Shown piece after piece: positions 49,901 to 60,050 of a DNA stretch of 64,000 nt. This stretch comes from a virus. Taxonomy: Duplodnaviria; Caudoviricetes. The stretch lies in IMG/VR virus record IMGVR_UViG_3300028591_000204, positions 2,176 to 66,175 of that record, one strand, 5' to 3'. Under the pieces are notes generated by a model. It was not told where the DNA came from. It ran no database searches and worked only from the letters and a program-made list of their open reading frames with translations. Made by a program: the position numbers and the translations under genes. Position 1 is the first letter of the stretch. Each line of letters begins with the position of its first letter.

Positions 49901-50577
49901 TTATTTAAATAATATGGACTTCTAGTTGTTGTAGGAGTTAATATTACTTTTGCTCTATTACCACTTTTTATACCATAATCAGCTTTATAGAACTTATATT
50001 GTCCAGTACTTTCATCATAACCAAGAAGGCTTTTCTGAGCATCATCAGTAAATGGTGTACTAGCAGTATCATTATCTGGATAAATTAATTCAATATAATC
50101 AGAAGCTCTAGAATTTCTTCTATCCCAATGATCTGTATAATAATCAATAGTAACAACTCTCCAAGTTAAATAATTTAATAAATCAACAATATCAGTAGAA
50201 TCTTTAATAGTACCTTCTTCTGACCATCTTGGTTTTAATGTTAAAACATCAGTATCACCAGATGGTTGTTCATCCATATCTGAAAGATAATCATATTTAG
50301 AATTAATCCAGTCAATAGTATTATTTAATGGATTATCTGATAAATTAGCATTATCAATACTATCTTTATAATCAGAAAATTCTCCTGCAGGTGTAACACC
50401 AGCAGCATTCCACTTTCTGATTTTAGTAGCCCAAGGAATATTTGTATTTTCCCAATCAATATTTAAAGCTTCTAAAAGTTTGTATGTATCAGCAGCATTT
50501 GGTGTAATTAAACCATCAGGAATCTCTACACCATTTGTCCACTTTTCATTTTGATTATAATCTATTCTTTTACTCAT
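46945..50577 (-). CDS. Large putative structural protein
   Basis: 1210 aa, beta-rich S/T/N composition, in a minus-strand structural operon. Confidence 0.55.
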   Translation of the reverse strand: MSKRIDYNQNEKWTNGVEIPDGLITPNAADTYKLLEALNIDWENTNIPWATKIRKWNAAGVTPAGEFSDYKDSIDNANLSDNPLNNTIDWINSKYDYLSDMDEQPSGDTDVLTLKPRWSEEGTIKDSTDIVDLLNYLTWRVVTIDYYTDHWDRRNSRASDYIELIYPDNDTASTPFTDDAQKSLLGYDESTGQYKFYKADYGIKSGNRAKVILTPTTTRSPYYLNKSNDTVYNYYKNLSLDNHIFSVIASNNPGEMTVISNAIDNTAIINSIDRLNIDSIEMSGESWKFFTIDMDIIGTGNYKPIETWYNDIKSNITNLSNFDPFQKFIDFTINHAGESDSATGQSFTGTEIQIHLTIEKTNNTVSSVKFGNVEVISGDPSDLAISTTKIGKIYTNANEIAMPYYINDESSKKEITFNLQYGQEYGIYPYFFIANDSNYTLSGREFSKCESPEYGKIVYENNKYYYIPPIQTTNSDKEFNIYCIFYYKDDNVSRQITPTIVSFKVKLKKEVENHIYFLDSNSRNMSLYRRMPNGTYDFGNGVEYGTDWVKGDDSEHGNYYNNATSNNINYCVRTISYGDYINSIATGGKQSPGPQTAIIFDDFIRTYCGSEFSVEYLGLIESDTSERSILIDETNDSGRVDVNSEITDLEVLLNNKIKVGENSDKSFYYVNDNVEKYYNISVLNNITSASKPSENSHLNTNEFSVNTNDKDSYLIPTEELTRDFGKQKVFNILSSTAMYGDKNGIFNLGTSESPQWVNADSDYFYLVFKIKSESGSIGSISYTPCKAYYFLKVLRQERQYNLLLNNDLDGAINYTLITGNDTEIPCSFSLVPRIPIYLNRLLNLESQIELMGNDGKIYWDFYGVGDPDISSRWDDTKVAIENKNTNEEFIVIYNEGDTYKTIAYNSDNGKQNNNYLFKPENDVIIPKNFTGNTGTATVAKFSNASSGSILFVNKLLCQTQYDETNDTYEYGVIPNDSISLALTCSIGNSSRYTRNNNSNTTFNIKINKKLLDIDLYEAVDTNSPRKVNYIVNPKVLTKTNSNTINTGSSTGLISERWSIQFISNEFGTGTTQGVDTLAASATDALKIELYNGLTSIKAQNSFIDTYLNVSINSLYMNNNWFINTSGETQQATLDKENKFFNLYYFTKLDTSNNVGQKYSLNVIGVNDTQNQKYQMNVTVDGDPDGVYKRKDIIIYIKVEEQSSGDVQTGD

Positions 50578-50596
50578 ATGTTATTTAATAAATTAT

Positions 50597-51682
50597 TTAC
50601 TTTATAATCCAAGTTAAATTACTTGTATAATATTTTGGAGATTCATATACTTTATATAATATACCATTATAATTAACATCAACATCATATAAATTATATG
50701 AAGATAATATATTAATAAATTTACAACTTATATTTGATGATTTCAAAATAAATTGTGGGTTTGATAAAATATAAGGAACAATAAAATAATGTTTTCTTAT
50801 ATTATTAGTTTCACCAGTAGTTAATTCTACTCCATTTTCATCATAAAGATTATCTGTTGTAAAATCAAATGTATAATTATTAATATTAAATGATTCACCA
50901 CTATCACAGAATATTGGATATTTAAATTTAATATCACAAATCTTTAAATTAGTAATATATGTTTTATCATAATCTGTTAAAAATATTTTAACAGGAACTA
51001 AAGATATAATACTATTTAAATCTTTTACAACTTCAATATCAACAGGAATTGTTAATCCATGTTCTTTACCATCACATGTTATTTCAAAAGCAGTTAATTG
51101 TGATCTATTAAAATCTTGTGTATCATCAAAAAATACTTTATAATAAGGAGAAATAGTTGAAAATAATGCAGTATATTTTAAATTTATATATTTAATTGTA
51201 ACTTTTGCTAACATTGATACTTCATAAATATCATTAAATTTAATTACTTCTGAAGTTGTTACTCCTCCAAGTTCTTTTTCAATACCAATATATGCATCTT
51301 TAATATCAATCCAATGTTCTCCTAATAAAATACCATTAGTAATCATTAATTTATCATTATGATAATAAATTGAAGAATCTTCTAATGTTATATCTCCTTC
51401 AGATTCATTTTCATTTTGTTCTGGATTTACTATTAAATTACCTTCTATTAATTTTTTAATATTAGGATTAGCAATAAGTTCTTCTACAGCATTTTTTGTA
51501 TATTCATTTCTAAGACCATATCCACTAGCGATATGAGTATCTCCAACATAAAGACTATTATTGTCATCATCTGTAACAACAACATTGATTTGTCCTAAGT
51601 TTTCAGTATTTATATTATTTGGTGAGTCGACTACTTGATAATCGACTAATTTACCTTTTATTTCTTGTGACTTATTACTCAT
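50597..51682 (-). CDS. Putative structural protein
   Basis: 361 aa in the same operon. Confidence 0.55.
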   Translation of the reverse strand: MSNKSQEIKGKLVDYQVVDSPNNINTENLGQINVVVTDDDNNSLYVGDTHIASGYGLRNEYTKNAVEELIANPNIKKLIEGNLIVNPEQNENESEGDITLEDSSIYYHNDKLMITNGILLGEHWIDIKDAYIGIEKELGGVTTSEVIKFNDIYEVSMLAKVTIKYINLKYTALFSTISPYYKVFFDDTQDFNRSQLTAFEITCDGKEHGLTIPVDIEVVKDLNSIISLVPVKIFLTDYDKTYITNLKICDIKFKYPIFCDSGESFNINNYTFDFTTDNLYDENGVELTTGETNNIRKHYFIVPYILSNPQFILKSSNISCKFINILSSYNLYDVDVNYNGILYKVYESPKYYTSNLTWIIK

Positions 51683-51699
51683 TTTAATAATCTTTATAT

Positions 51700-54600
51700 T
51701 TATTCTTGTGAAGCTTCATCAGATAATAATGTTGTTGAATTCAATATACTACCTGTTGATGTATAATCATAATTTGCTGTAATTTCAACCATATAATGTT
51801 GAGGTTCATTTACAAGAGAATCTCTTAAATCAAAGTAAATACCCTTTGTAATATTATTTACGGTTTCATTATCTAAGTAATATTCAAATACAATAGGAAT
51901 TGAAACTGATTTACCAACTTCAACTTCAATATATCCATTATAATTACCATTTGTAAGAATAGTATTTCTACCAGTAATATCAGGATATAAGAAAGCACCA
52001 ATAAATGTATTAGTTGCTGGATTTACTCCATTTACTGTATTATTAGCAATAAATTCAGAAATTGAACTTTCACTATCTAACATTACTAAATGACCATCTA
52101 AATTAATACCAGAAATATCTTCAAAACGGTTAATATAATTATTTGAAAGATTCTGTTCATATAAGAAGAAGTCAATATCTCTTGTACTATATAATTCAAT
52201 ATTAGATTTATCAGGATTAAATTTATCAGATAATGTATTAAATGTACCATCACCTTGATAATCAAGACCAATCCAAGTTGATTCAATCATTTCTTTAATT
52301 TCTCCAGTATTACGTTTTCTATATCCAAGAAGTGGAGAATCAAAATCTCTCTTCATATAAGTATTAATACCATTGAATATTAATTTAGTAGCAGTTGTTG
52401 TAAGTGCTTTATAATCTTGAAGATCTTGTGATTCATTATCATAATATATCTTTTTACCAGTATATGGATTATCTTGACGGAAATAAATCCATTGTCCAAG
52501 AGTCTGATAACTTAATGTATTATCGATAAATATTGGAACTCTTTCATAATGATGTATATATTGTTCATAGAATTCATTATTAGAAAGAAGAAGAGGAATA
52601 TCTATATTTCCTGGGAATATTGAATAAAGTTTTACATTACTTGTACCAGTATTCTTAATAACAATATTCATATACTGTTTTACAAAAGCATCAGTAATAT
52701 GATCATTATTATAAATATTTATCTTATTAATAGCATTATTAAATAATTTAACAGTTTTATCATCAAATGTTACATATACTTCATATTTTCTATTAAATTC
52801 TGCATCAAGTATACTCTTAGCATTTTCAATATCATTACTCATTGTTGAAAGCTTATCTTTAAGAGAGATAAGATTATTATCTGATGTATTAAAACCAGAA
52901 TAAATATTTTCTGGCATATGATAATAAACAACATTATTTGATTTTAAAGCGTTGTTTACATGTTCTTGATAACCATCATTAATAAGTGTCTGACTAAATC
53001 TTGAAGAGATTAAATCATTATCATTTTCAGATAATATTGTTGAAAGTTGTAGATTATCACTAAATTCATTAGGGAATACAACTGTCATTTCTTCACTCCA
53101 AGGAGTATATAAATTAATAAAAGGTTGACCAATATTATATTTATATCTACATCTAAGTACTACATCTTCACCCTGTACAATAGGAATATCAATTTGATTC
53201 CATTTAATTACATTCTGTGTTGATGAATAATCTTTAAATTCAATAGTAAATCCAGATAATGTTGAATTAAATACTAATTCTCTTTCTCTTTCTATTGTAT
53301 CAAGTTTAATCCAATCTGTAAATATATTTGAATTAATATTTGTTACTGTTGTAGTTTCCTTAGTAGGAGATTTATATTTATATTCACATTCAAGACCAAT
53401 TATTTCTACTTTATCACTTTCATTAGTATGTAACCAAGTTTCAAGATCATTTACTTTAGTTATACCTCTAATTCTATATTTAGTATCTTGTCTAGCAATT
53501 TGAATATCATTAGAAATAGAATTGATATTTTCAATAGTAGAATTTAATTGTTTTTGAAGTGTTACTTTCTGAGCATAATATTTATCAAGTTTAGCTTTAA
53601 GTGCTTCTTGAGAAATTTGAACTTCTTGTGAGAAGTCAGTATTTATAAGTGTTGAATAAACATTATTGATATTATCTTGAAGAGAAGATAACTGAGTATT
53701 TAATTCATTCTTCTGAGTATGAAGATTTATAATATCTTCACTTGTTGAATCATCAATAAGGTGTTTATTAATTGGAAGAACTTGAAGTATACCATCTTCC
53801 ATAAATGTATCATTTACAAGAGATTTAATTGTTGTATTTTCTTGAAGAGATACAATAATATCATTTGTAAAATTACTTATCTGAGGATAAATAGTTTCTG
53901 AAATACCAATAAGAATATCACCAATATTTGTACAATACTTATTATAATATTCCATATAATTCATATGGTTTCCTGTAGTATCAAGAATAGGATTACCATA
54001 AGCATCATACATTTTAATTGAACTTAAATCAATTAAATATGGAGCAGAATATAAACTTCTTGTATTATTATAAACAAGACTTAAGAAAATACAAATATAT
54101 TGATTTTCTTCAAGTGGAACATTTACATAATGATATTTATTAAAATTAGAAACATAGTATTGTAATTCCATGTTATTATTCTCATCATATGTCTGAAGAT
54201 TAACATGACCAAGAGTTTCTGATATTGATATTGTCATTTCTTTAATATCAACATTAGTAACTTTATAAATTACAGTTTCATTAGGTAAACATACACTATC
54301 ACCAACAGCAAGAGTTAATTCTGTACTTTCATCTTCTTGTGAATGATATTGAAGACTATCTTTAATTTTTAATACATAATGTCCTCCATTATCATCAGAA
54401 ATAATACTATCAATTTTAAATGATGATATATAAGCTTCACTCTTTATAGGTAATTGTAATTCACTTTCATATTCTTCATAATCTATTCCTTTAGTATAAT
54501 TATATAAAGCAGCTACATATTCTGAATATGAAGTTAATCTTAAATTATTAATTTGTGAGAATATATTATAATTTGAAAAGACTATCTTTTTCATATAAAT

Positions 54601-55035
54601 CTTTTCAATATTATCAGGAAGATTATTTATGTTTAATTTTAAGAATGTCTTAGGAGAAACTAAGTCTTTAAAGAATGTATTGTCAGTAATAGATCCATGA
54701 ACATTAGTTGTTGAGAATTCTGGTACAAGAGGTGCTGTAGAACTTTTTACAAGTTCTAACTTAGTCATACTATCTTTTGTATTAAACCATGCTTCTCCTG
54801 ATTCAGGAATATTAAATAAATTATTGAAATTATTTTCTAAGTTCTCTAACTTACTTTCTAAATAAAATAATGAAGGTATGGTCAAAGTCTTTTCTTCATT
54901 ATCAACAGTAACAGTAACTGCTACATTTGTAGATGTTGAAGATAAACTCTGATTCATAGCTTCAACCATACTAACTGCATTATTATACAATTTAGTAAGT
55001 TGAACATAATATTCTTTTAATGAATTATTTATCAT
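51700..55035 (-). CDS. Large hypothetical protein with central coiled coil, probably structural
   Basis: 1111 aa; heptad region INLHTQKNELNTQLSSLQDNINN...LQKQLNSTIENIN. Confidence 0.6.
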   Translation of the reverse strand: MINNSLKEYYVQLTKLYNNAVSMVEAMNQSLSSTSTNVAVTVTVDNEEKTLTIPSLFYLESKLENLENNFNNLFNIPESGEAWFNTKDSMTKLELVKSSTAPLVPEFSTTNVHGSITDNTFFKDLVSPKTFLKLNINNLPDNIEKIYMKKIVFSNYNIFSQINNLRLTSYSEYVAALYNYTKGIDYEEYESELQLPIKSEAYISSFKIDSIISDDNGGHYVLKIKDSLQYHSQEDESTELTLAVGDSVCLPNETVIYKVTNVDIKEMTISISETLGHVNLQTYDENNNMELQYYVSNFNKYHYVNVPLEENQYICIFLSLVYNNTRSLYSAPYLIDLSSIKMYDAYGNPILDTTGNHMNYMEYYNKYCTNIGDILIGISETIYPQISNFTNDIIVSLQENTTIKSLVNDTFMEDGILQVLPINKHLIDDSTSEDIINLHTQKNELNTQLSSLQDNINNVYSTLINTDFSQEVQISQEALKAKLDKYYAQKVTLQKQLNSTIENINSISNDIQIARQDTKYRIRGITKVNDLETWLHTNESDKVEIIGLECEYKYKSPTKETTTVTNINSNIFTDWIKLDTIERERELVFNSTLSGFTIEFKDYSSTQNVIKWNQIDIPIVQGEDVVLRCRYKYNIGQPFINLYTPWSEEMTVVFPNEFSDNLQLSTILSENDNDLISSRFSQTLINDGYQEHVNNALKSNNVVYYHMPENIYSGFNTSDNNLISLKDKLSTMSNDIENAKSILDAEFNRKYEVYVTFDDKTVKLFNNAINKINIYNNDHITDAFVKQYMNIVIKNTGTSNVKLYSIFPGNIDIPLLLSNNEFYEQYIHHYERVPIFIDNTLSYQTLGQWIYFRQDNPYTGKKIYYDNESQDLQDYKALTTTATKLIFNGINTYMKRDFDSPLLGYRKRNTGEIKEMIESTWIGLDYQGDGTFNTLSDKFNPDKSNIELYSTRDIDFFLYEQNLSNNYINRFEDISGINLDGHLVMLDSESSISEFIANNTVNGVNPATNTFIGAFLYPDITGRNTILTNGNYNGYIEVEVGKSVSIPIVFEYYLDNETVNNITKGIYFDLRDSLVNEPQHYMVEITANYDYTSTGSILNSTTLLSDEASQE

Positions 55036-55050
55036 ATCTCTATTACTATA

Positions 55051-56322
55051 TTATTTCCATTTATATACAAGTTCGTTAAATAAAGTATTTACTTTTTCTT
55101 CAATAGTAGCATCTAAATTATTTAACTTTTCTTTCATTTCATCATTATCTTTTTTATAATCATCTAATTTCTGCTGAAGAATTTGAATATCAAGATTATT
55201 CTGTAAATTAGCAATAATTTGTTCAAGTTTAGTAACTTTAGTAGAAAGATTATTTACTTGATTAGATAATGTTGATTGCATAGATAATACTCTAGCATAA
55301 GTTTGGAATGCTTGTTGATTATCTATTTGTGTGATATCATTATTATCATATTTATTAGAATATGGGAATGGTTTAAACTGTGAAGAAATTATTAAGCTCC
55401 AAGATGGTGCATATTTAGAATTAGGATCTCTCTTTAATTCAATAACTTCATCACTAAACCAAATACCAAGAGGATTATTAATACTTCTCTTTTCTTTATC
55501 TGAATAATCCATATCTTGTTTAAGAACTAATTCATCATTTTCATAAGTATAATTCTTTAATTCAAGATTTTCTGGAAGATTAGTATTATCATCTATTTCA
55601 TTAAAGTTTGTTTGATAATTAATATCTGTGATATCAAATAAAGGAATTATAACATTAAATTTTATATAATTTCTTTCTTCTTCAATATCTTCTAAACTAT
55701 AAGTTGAATATACACTATATTCATTATTTTCAGTATCAAAAATTGGTTTTAAACTATCATAATCATTTGAATTTTCTAATTCTTCAGATGTCCAACCATA
55801 TAATACTGTTTTATCTTTATCATATTCAATACTATCTTCTGATTCAACATTCATTTTATATAAAGCAACATTATTAGAATTTTCTTTATAACCTTCACTT
55901 GAATCAATAATACATATTGTATCAGTATAAGTTCCTTTAAAATCAAATTCAGTTACTTCACCAATAAATGTAATTTCATAATTAGGATCAAATTCTTCAA
56001 TAGTTTTGAATAACCATGCTAAAGAATTAACATCAGCTTCTATATCAAATTCTGAAAGATTTTCAGATATTAATTTATCAGTATAAAAATCTCTTAAGAA
56101 AGCAAGTTTATTTTCATAATAAGCTACAAGATTACTTTTAATGAATTCTTCTTTTTTACCTTCAGTTTCAAGAGATGGAATATATAAACACAAAAATCTA
56201 GATGGATATACTTTCCAATCTGTTGAAAGGAAATTACCAGTAAGAGCTTCAGTAAAATTACTAAATGTTAAGAAATTACTGTCATCAGTTCTTGTATAAA
56301 ATAAATTACTTTTTCTTTGCAT
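55051..56322 (-). CDS. Hypothetical protein with C-terminal coiled coil
   Basis: 423 aa, first gene of the operon, structural-gene motif at 56341-56354 upstream. Confidence 0.6.
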   Translation of the reverse strand: MQRKSNLFYTRTDDSNFLTFSNFTEALTGNFLSTDWKVYPSRFLCLYIPSLETEGKKEEFIKSNLVAYYENKLAFLRDFYTDKLISENLSEFDIEADVNSLAWLFKTIEEFDPNYEITFIGEVTEFDFKGTYTDTICIIDSSEGYKENSNNVALYKMNVESEDSIEYDKDKTVLYGWTSEELENSNDYDSLKPIFDTENNEYSVYSTYSLEDIEEERNYIKFNVIIPLFDITDINYQTNFNEIDDNTNLPENLELKNYTYENDELVLKQDMDYSDKEKRSINNPLGIWFSDEVIELKRDPNSKYAPSWSLIISSQFKPFPYSNKYDNNDITQIDNQQAFQTYARVLSMQSTLSNQVNNLSTKVTKLEQIIANLQNNLDIQILQQKLDDYKKDNDEMKEKLNNLDATIEEKVNTLFNELVYKWK

Positions 56323-56382
56323 ATATAATATTCATATTTCTATAATTAAAAATAATTTATTATAATAATTTTACGTAGGCAA

Positions 56383-56412
56383 ATGAATAAGAAATTTGTG
56401 ATTTTCTATATT
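56383..56412 (+). promoter_or_regulatory. Class A promoter-like element
   Basis: ATGAAT-18 nt-TATATT upstream of the exonuclease. Confidence 0.5.
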
Positions 56413-56436
56413 AATTTAGGATAAAATTTAGAAATT

Positions 56437-57189
56437 ATGAATGAGATTAAGAAACCTCTGGTATTTCCAGATATAGAAACAACTGGTTTAAATAAAGAAC
56501 AAGATTCTATTATTCAATTTGCAGCAATTAAGGTTGACCCTATAACTGATGCAATTATTGATTCTATTAATTTGTATATTCGTCCAATTGGACCTTATAC
56601 TATTACAATTCAAGCATATCTTAAACATCATATTAAACCAGAAGATTTAAAAGATAAACCAACATTTCCAGAAGTAGCTGATAAAATTAGAGATTTTATG
56701 GAAGGTTGTGATATTGTAACATATAATGGAAATGGATTTGATTTACCTTTCTTAAAATATGAATTTATTAAAGCTGGTAAAGATTTTTCATTCTTAAATG
56801 TAAATTGTTATGATGCTTATGTTGAGGAAAGACGTAGAAATGGTATAACTCTTGGACAGACCTTTAAGAGATATGTTGGTTGTACAATGGAAGAAGATGG
56901 ATTAAAACCCCATGATGCTTTCAGTGATGTAAAGGCAACTCATAAAATTTTCTCAGCTCAGCAAAAGATACAGGAATATGGACCAGAATCTGTATTAACT
57001 GAAGATAATAGTATTATTTTGACTGAATTTAACAATAAAGAATTACCATGTTTTAATATTGGTAAATATAAAGGTTTACCTGTATCTTATATATCAAATG
57101 TTGACCAACAATATTTGAAATGGTGTATAAGTGATAAGAGTAATTTTGTAAATTCAACAAAGAATTATATTAGTAAATATATAAAATAA
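56437..57189 (+). CDS. DEDDh 3'-5' exonuclease (DNA Pol III epsilon-like)
   Basis: PDIETTG, YNGNGFDLPFL, PHDAFSDV; C-terminal FNIGKYKG...YLKW domain. Confidence 0.9.
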   Translation: MNEIKKPLVFPDIETTGLNKEQDSIIQFAAIKVDPITDAIIDSINLYIRPIGPYTITIQAYLKHHIKPEDLKDKPTFPEVADKIRDFMEGCDIVTYNGNGFDLPFLKYEFIKAGKDFSFLNVNCYDAYVEERRRNGITLGQTFKRYVGCTMEEDGLKPHDAFSDVKATHKIFSAQQKIQEYGPESVLTEDNSIILTEFNNKELPCFNIGKYKGLPVSYISNVDQQYLKWCISDKSNFVNSTKNYISKYIK

Positions 57190-57192
57190 GAT

Positions 57193-57657
57193 ATGGAATT
57201 AACAATTAATATAGATGAGAAAAAGTTTTCTGAATTACTTAATAATGAATTAGATAAATTCAGTGAACAAGAATTACATGAGATTTGTCGTAATGGTTTA
57301 ATTAAACAATTATCAGATCCTGAACAATTTGCACATTTATTTGTTAAAAAAGAATCTGGTTATGGATATTGTAGTGATAGATATTATGCAAATGATTTAT
57401 TAAAAGAAGCTGCAAAGAAAGTTGAGTTATCATCTCTTTTTGAAGATTTTCAAAAACAAGTATTAACTTATTTGAAAGAAAATCATGATAAGATAATTAA
57501 AGATTTAATGGCAGATATATTTATTTCTGGTCTTTCTAATCATTTATATAATTCTGAATTTGCTAATCAAATGAGAATAGAATTCTCAAATCAAATAGCA
57601 TCTGTACAGCTACAGAATGATGAAAAAATTAATAATGCAATTAATCAATTAAGATAA
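57193..57657 (+). CDS. Hypothetical protein
   Basis: 154 aa in the operon. Confidence 0.7.
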   Translation: MELTINIDEKKFSELLNNELDKFSEQELHEICRNGLIKQLSDPEQFAHLFVKKESGYGYCSDRYYANDLLKEAAKKVELSSLFEDFQKQVLTYLKENHDKIIKDLMADIFISGLSNHLYNSEFANQMRIEFSNQIASVQLQNDEKINNAINQLR

Positions 57658-57673
57658 TTAAAATTTAATAATT

Positions 57674-58114
57674 ATGGTTTACGAAAAGATAGATAAACTT
57701 ATTGCTGAGGCAATGAAGAATAAGGACAATATTAGATTGTCAACACTTAGACTTATTAAGACAAAGTTCCTTGAATATAAGACAAGTAAAGGAGCAAAAC
57801 CTATTGATGAGAATATTGAAATAAGTATTCTTAGAAAGATGGTATCTGAAAGAACTGATGCTATTGGTTTATATCTTGCAGCAGGTAGAAATGAACTTGC
57901 TGAAAAAGAACAAAATGAAATGAATATTATTAAAGAATTCCTTCCTGCAGAAGTTACTGAAGAGCAGATTAGTGAAGCATTTAATAAAGTATTATCATCT
58001 GGTGTAGAACCTATTAAGAGAAATATGGGTGTCTTTATTAAAGAAATTAAGGCATCTCTTCCTACTGCTGATGGTAAGACAGTTTCAACATATGTTCAAA
58101 ATCATTTAAGTTAA
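57674..58114 (+). CDS. GatB/YqeY domain protein
   Basis: IAEAMKNKD..RLSTLRLIK, LYLAAGRNELAEKEQNEMNIIKEFLP, MGVFIKEI. Confidence 0.9.
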   Translation: MVYEKIDKLIAEAMKNKDNIRLSTLRLIKTKFLEYKTSKGAKPIDENIEISILRKMVSERTDAIGLYLAAGRNELAEKEQNEMNIIKEFLPAEVTEEQISEAFNKVLSSGVEPIKRNMGVFIKEIKASLPTADGKTVSTYVQNHLS

Positions 58115-58117
58115 GTT

Positions 58118-58483
58118 ATGGTATTTAATATTTATGATGATAATAGATATTATCCTTTAATTGATATTGAAAATTATTATAGACTCAATGAATATGATAA
58201 TAAAAAATATCAAACTATAAGTATTCATCTTTGTGCAGAAGGATATTCAAAATTTATAATTAATCATTATGAAGATTTTAAAAATGAACAGATGTTAAAT
58301 CTTTTTCTTAAAGATCTTCGAAAGATTACAGATATGGGATTTACTCTTGCTGAGTATTGGAGAAGAGAATCTGATTATCCTGAAAATTATACATGTGATG
58401 AAGCATATTTTGTAGAAAAGAAAATCAGAAGTGTTATTGAACCATTCTGTGAAAAGTGGAATTTGAATATTAATGAAGATTAA
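58118..58483 (+). CDS. Hypothetical protein
   Basis: 121 aa in the operon. Confidence 0.65.
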   Translation: MVFNIYDDNRYYPLIDIENYYRLNEYDNKKYQTISIHLCAEGYSKFIINHYEDFKNEQMLNLFLKDLRKITDMGFTLAEYWRRESDYPENYTCDEAYFVEKKIRSVIEPFCEKWNLNINED

Positions 58484-58485
58484 TT

Positions 58486-58746
58486 ATGTCTGGTAAACAA
58501 ATAACTGGACAACCTAATACAAAAACAAGATATTTAACTTTTGTTTTTAAATATGAGGATTGTTCAAGAATTAGTTATGATACATTAAATAATTTTATTT
58601 GTCATATATTAACTGCAGCAAATAATTATAATGAATGTAATAGACCATATCCATCTTCTTCTAGATATAATATTGATAAAGTATTTAGTTCTATAGATAA
58701 TCCAGAATTTGATGAAAATGAAGAAATGGAAATAAATTCTCTATAA
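58486..58746 (+). CDS. Hypothetical protein
   Basis: 86 aa in the operon. Confidence 0.55.
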   Translation: MSGKQITGQPNTKTRYLTFVFKYEDCSRISYDTLNNFICHILTAANNYNECNRPYPSSSRYNIDKVFSSIDNPEFDENEEMEINSL

Positions 58747-58777
58747 TTATTTTTATATAAAAGATATAGTTTATAAT

Positions 58778-59059
58778 ATGAAAACTCTTGTAGATTATAT
58801 ATATGAAAGTAAAGGTCAACCAATAGATGATCAATGGATTAATGATGAAAAACCAGTTATGACTAAAGATGGTCGTCAAGCTATTGTTAAATCTATTGAT
58901 ATGGATCAAGTTCCTAATATAATTAAAGGTGCTGTAAAGTGGAATGATGATCTTCTTGAATATGAATGGTTAGATGATGGAACTTGTAAGAAGGCACTTG
59001 ACCGTCTTGGAAATCCTAAGAAACCTGATGAAAGTGATAATCTTGTAAAAGCAATTTAA
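58778..59059 (+). CDS. Small protein, putative internal head protein
   Basis: N-terminus MKTLVDYIYE|S; core structural-gene motif at 58748-58759. Confidence 0.65.
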   Translation: MKTLVDYIYESKGQPIDDQWINDEKPVMTKDGRQAIVKSIDMDQVPNIIKGAVKWNDDLLEYEWLDDGTCKKALDRLGNPKKPDESDNLVKAI

Positions 59060-59650
59060 ATGAACGAAAAAATTATTGATGGTTATATTTCTCCTACTAT
59101 AACTGAAGAGAGAAAACTTAATGTAGCACAAATGGATGTATTCTCCCGTCTTATGATGGATAGAATCATCTTTATTGGAAGTGATATAGATTCAAATCTT
59201 GCAAATATTGTAAATGCACAATTATTATTTCTTGATTCACAAAATAATAATGAAATAACTATTTATATAAATTCTCCTGGTGGAAGTGTATATGATGGTC
59301 TTGCTATTTTTGATACTATACATATGATTAACTCTCCGGTTAAGACTGTATGTATTGGTTTAGCAGCAAGTATGGCAAGTATTCTTCTTGCATGTGGAGA
59401 TAAAAGATATGCTCTTCCTCATTCTAGAATTATGATACATCAACCTCTTGGAGGAGTAAAAGGACAGGCAAGTGATATTGTTATTACAGCAAATGAAATA
59501 ACAAAAATTAAAGAAGAACTTAACCAAATTCTTGCTACTAAGACAGGCCAAACTCTTGATAAAATATATAAAGATACTGATAGAGATTTTTATATGACCG
59601 CACAAGAAGCTCTTGAATATGGTATAATAGATGAAATAATTACTAAATAA
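59060..59650 (+). CDS. clpP: ATP-dependent Clp protease proteolytic subunit
   Basis: DVFSRLMMDRIIF, YINSPGGSV, catalytic Ser in AASMAS, His in MIHQPLGG, Asp in DTDRD. Confidence 0.95.
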   Translation: MNEKIIDGYISPTITEERKLNVAQMDVFSRLMMDRIIFIGSDIDSNLANIVNAQLLFLDSQNNNEITIYINSPGGSVYDGLAIFDTIHMINSPVKTVCIGLAASMASILLACGDKRYALPHSRIMIHQPLGGVKGQASDIVITANEITKIKEELNQILATKTGQTLDKIYKDTDRDFYMTAQEALEYGIIDEIITK

Positions 59651-59651
59651 T

Positions 59652-59924
59652 ATGGCAGATATAGATATTAATGAAATTGGTCGTCAAGGATATAAAATGC
59701 TTCAAAATATGCATATCATTGATGAGAAAGAAAAGAAAGATTTAACTCTTAAAGAAAGAGAAGAAATAATTAAAAATCTTTATGAGCATTTAAATATGGC
59801 TATAACAAAATGTGGCCAAAATAGAAACCATAAATATGAATTTTTATCATATTTATATCTTTCTGTAATCCTTTATCTGGATAATCTAGATTTAAATAAA
59901 TTTATTAAAATATCACAAAAATAA
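59652..59924 (+). CDS. Hypothetical protein
   Basis: 90 aa ORF. Confidence 0.6.
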   Translation: MADIDINEIGRQGYKMLQNMHIIDEKEKKDLTLKEREEIIKNLYEHLNMAITKCGQNRNHKYEFLSYLYLSVILYLDNLDLNKFIKISQK

Positions 59925-59954
59925 TTGAATATATTTTAATAAATATTCTATAAT
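59925..59954 (+). promoter_or_regulatory. Class A promoter-like element
   Basis: TTGAAT-18 nt-TATAAT upstream of the S1-domain gene. Confidence 0.55.
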
Positions 59955-60050
59955 ATAAATGTAATTCTAATGTTTGTTTGTGGAATTGATATTAACATAT
60001 AAATTAACAAGTATCAATTCTTATGTTTAACTTTTAAAAATTAAAATTGA

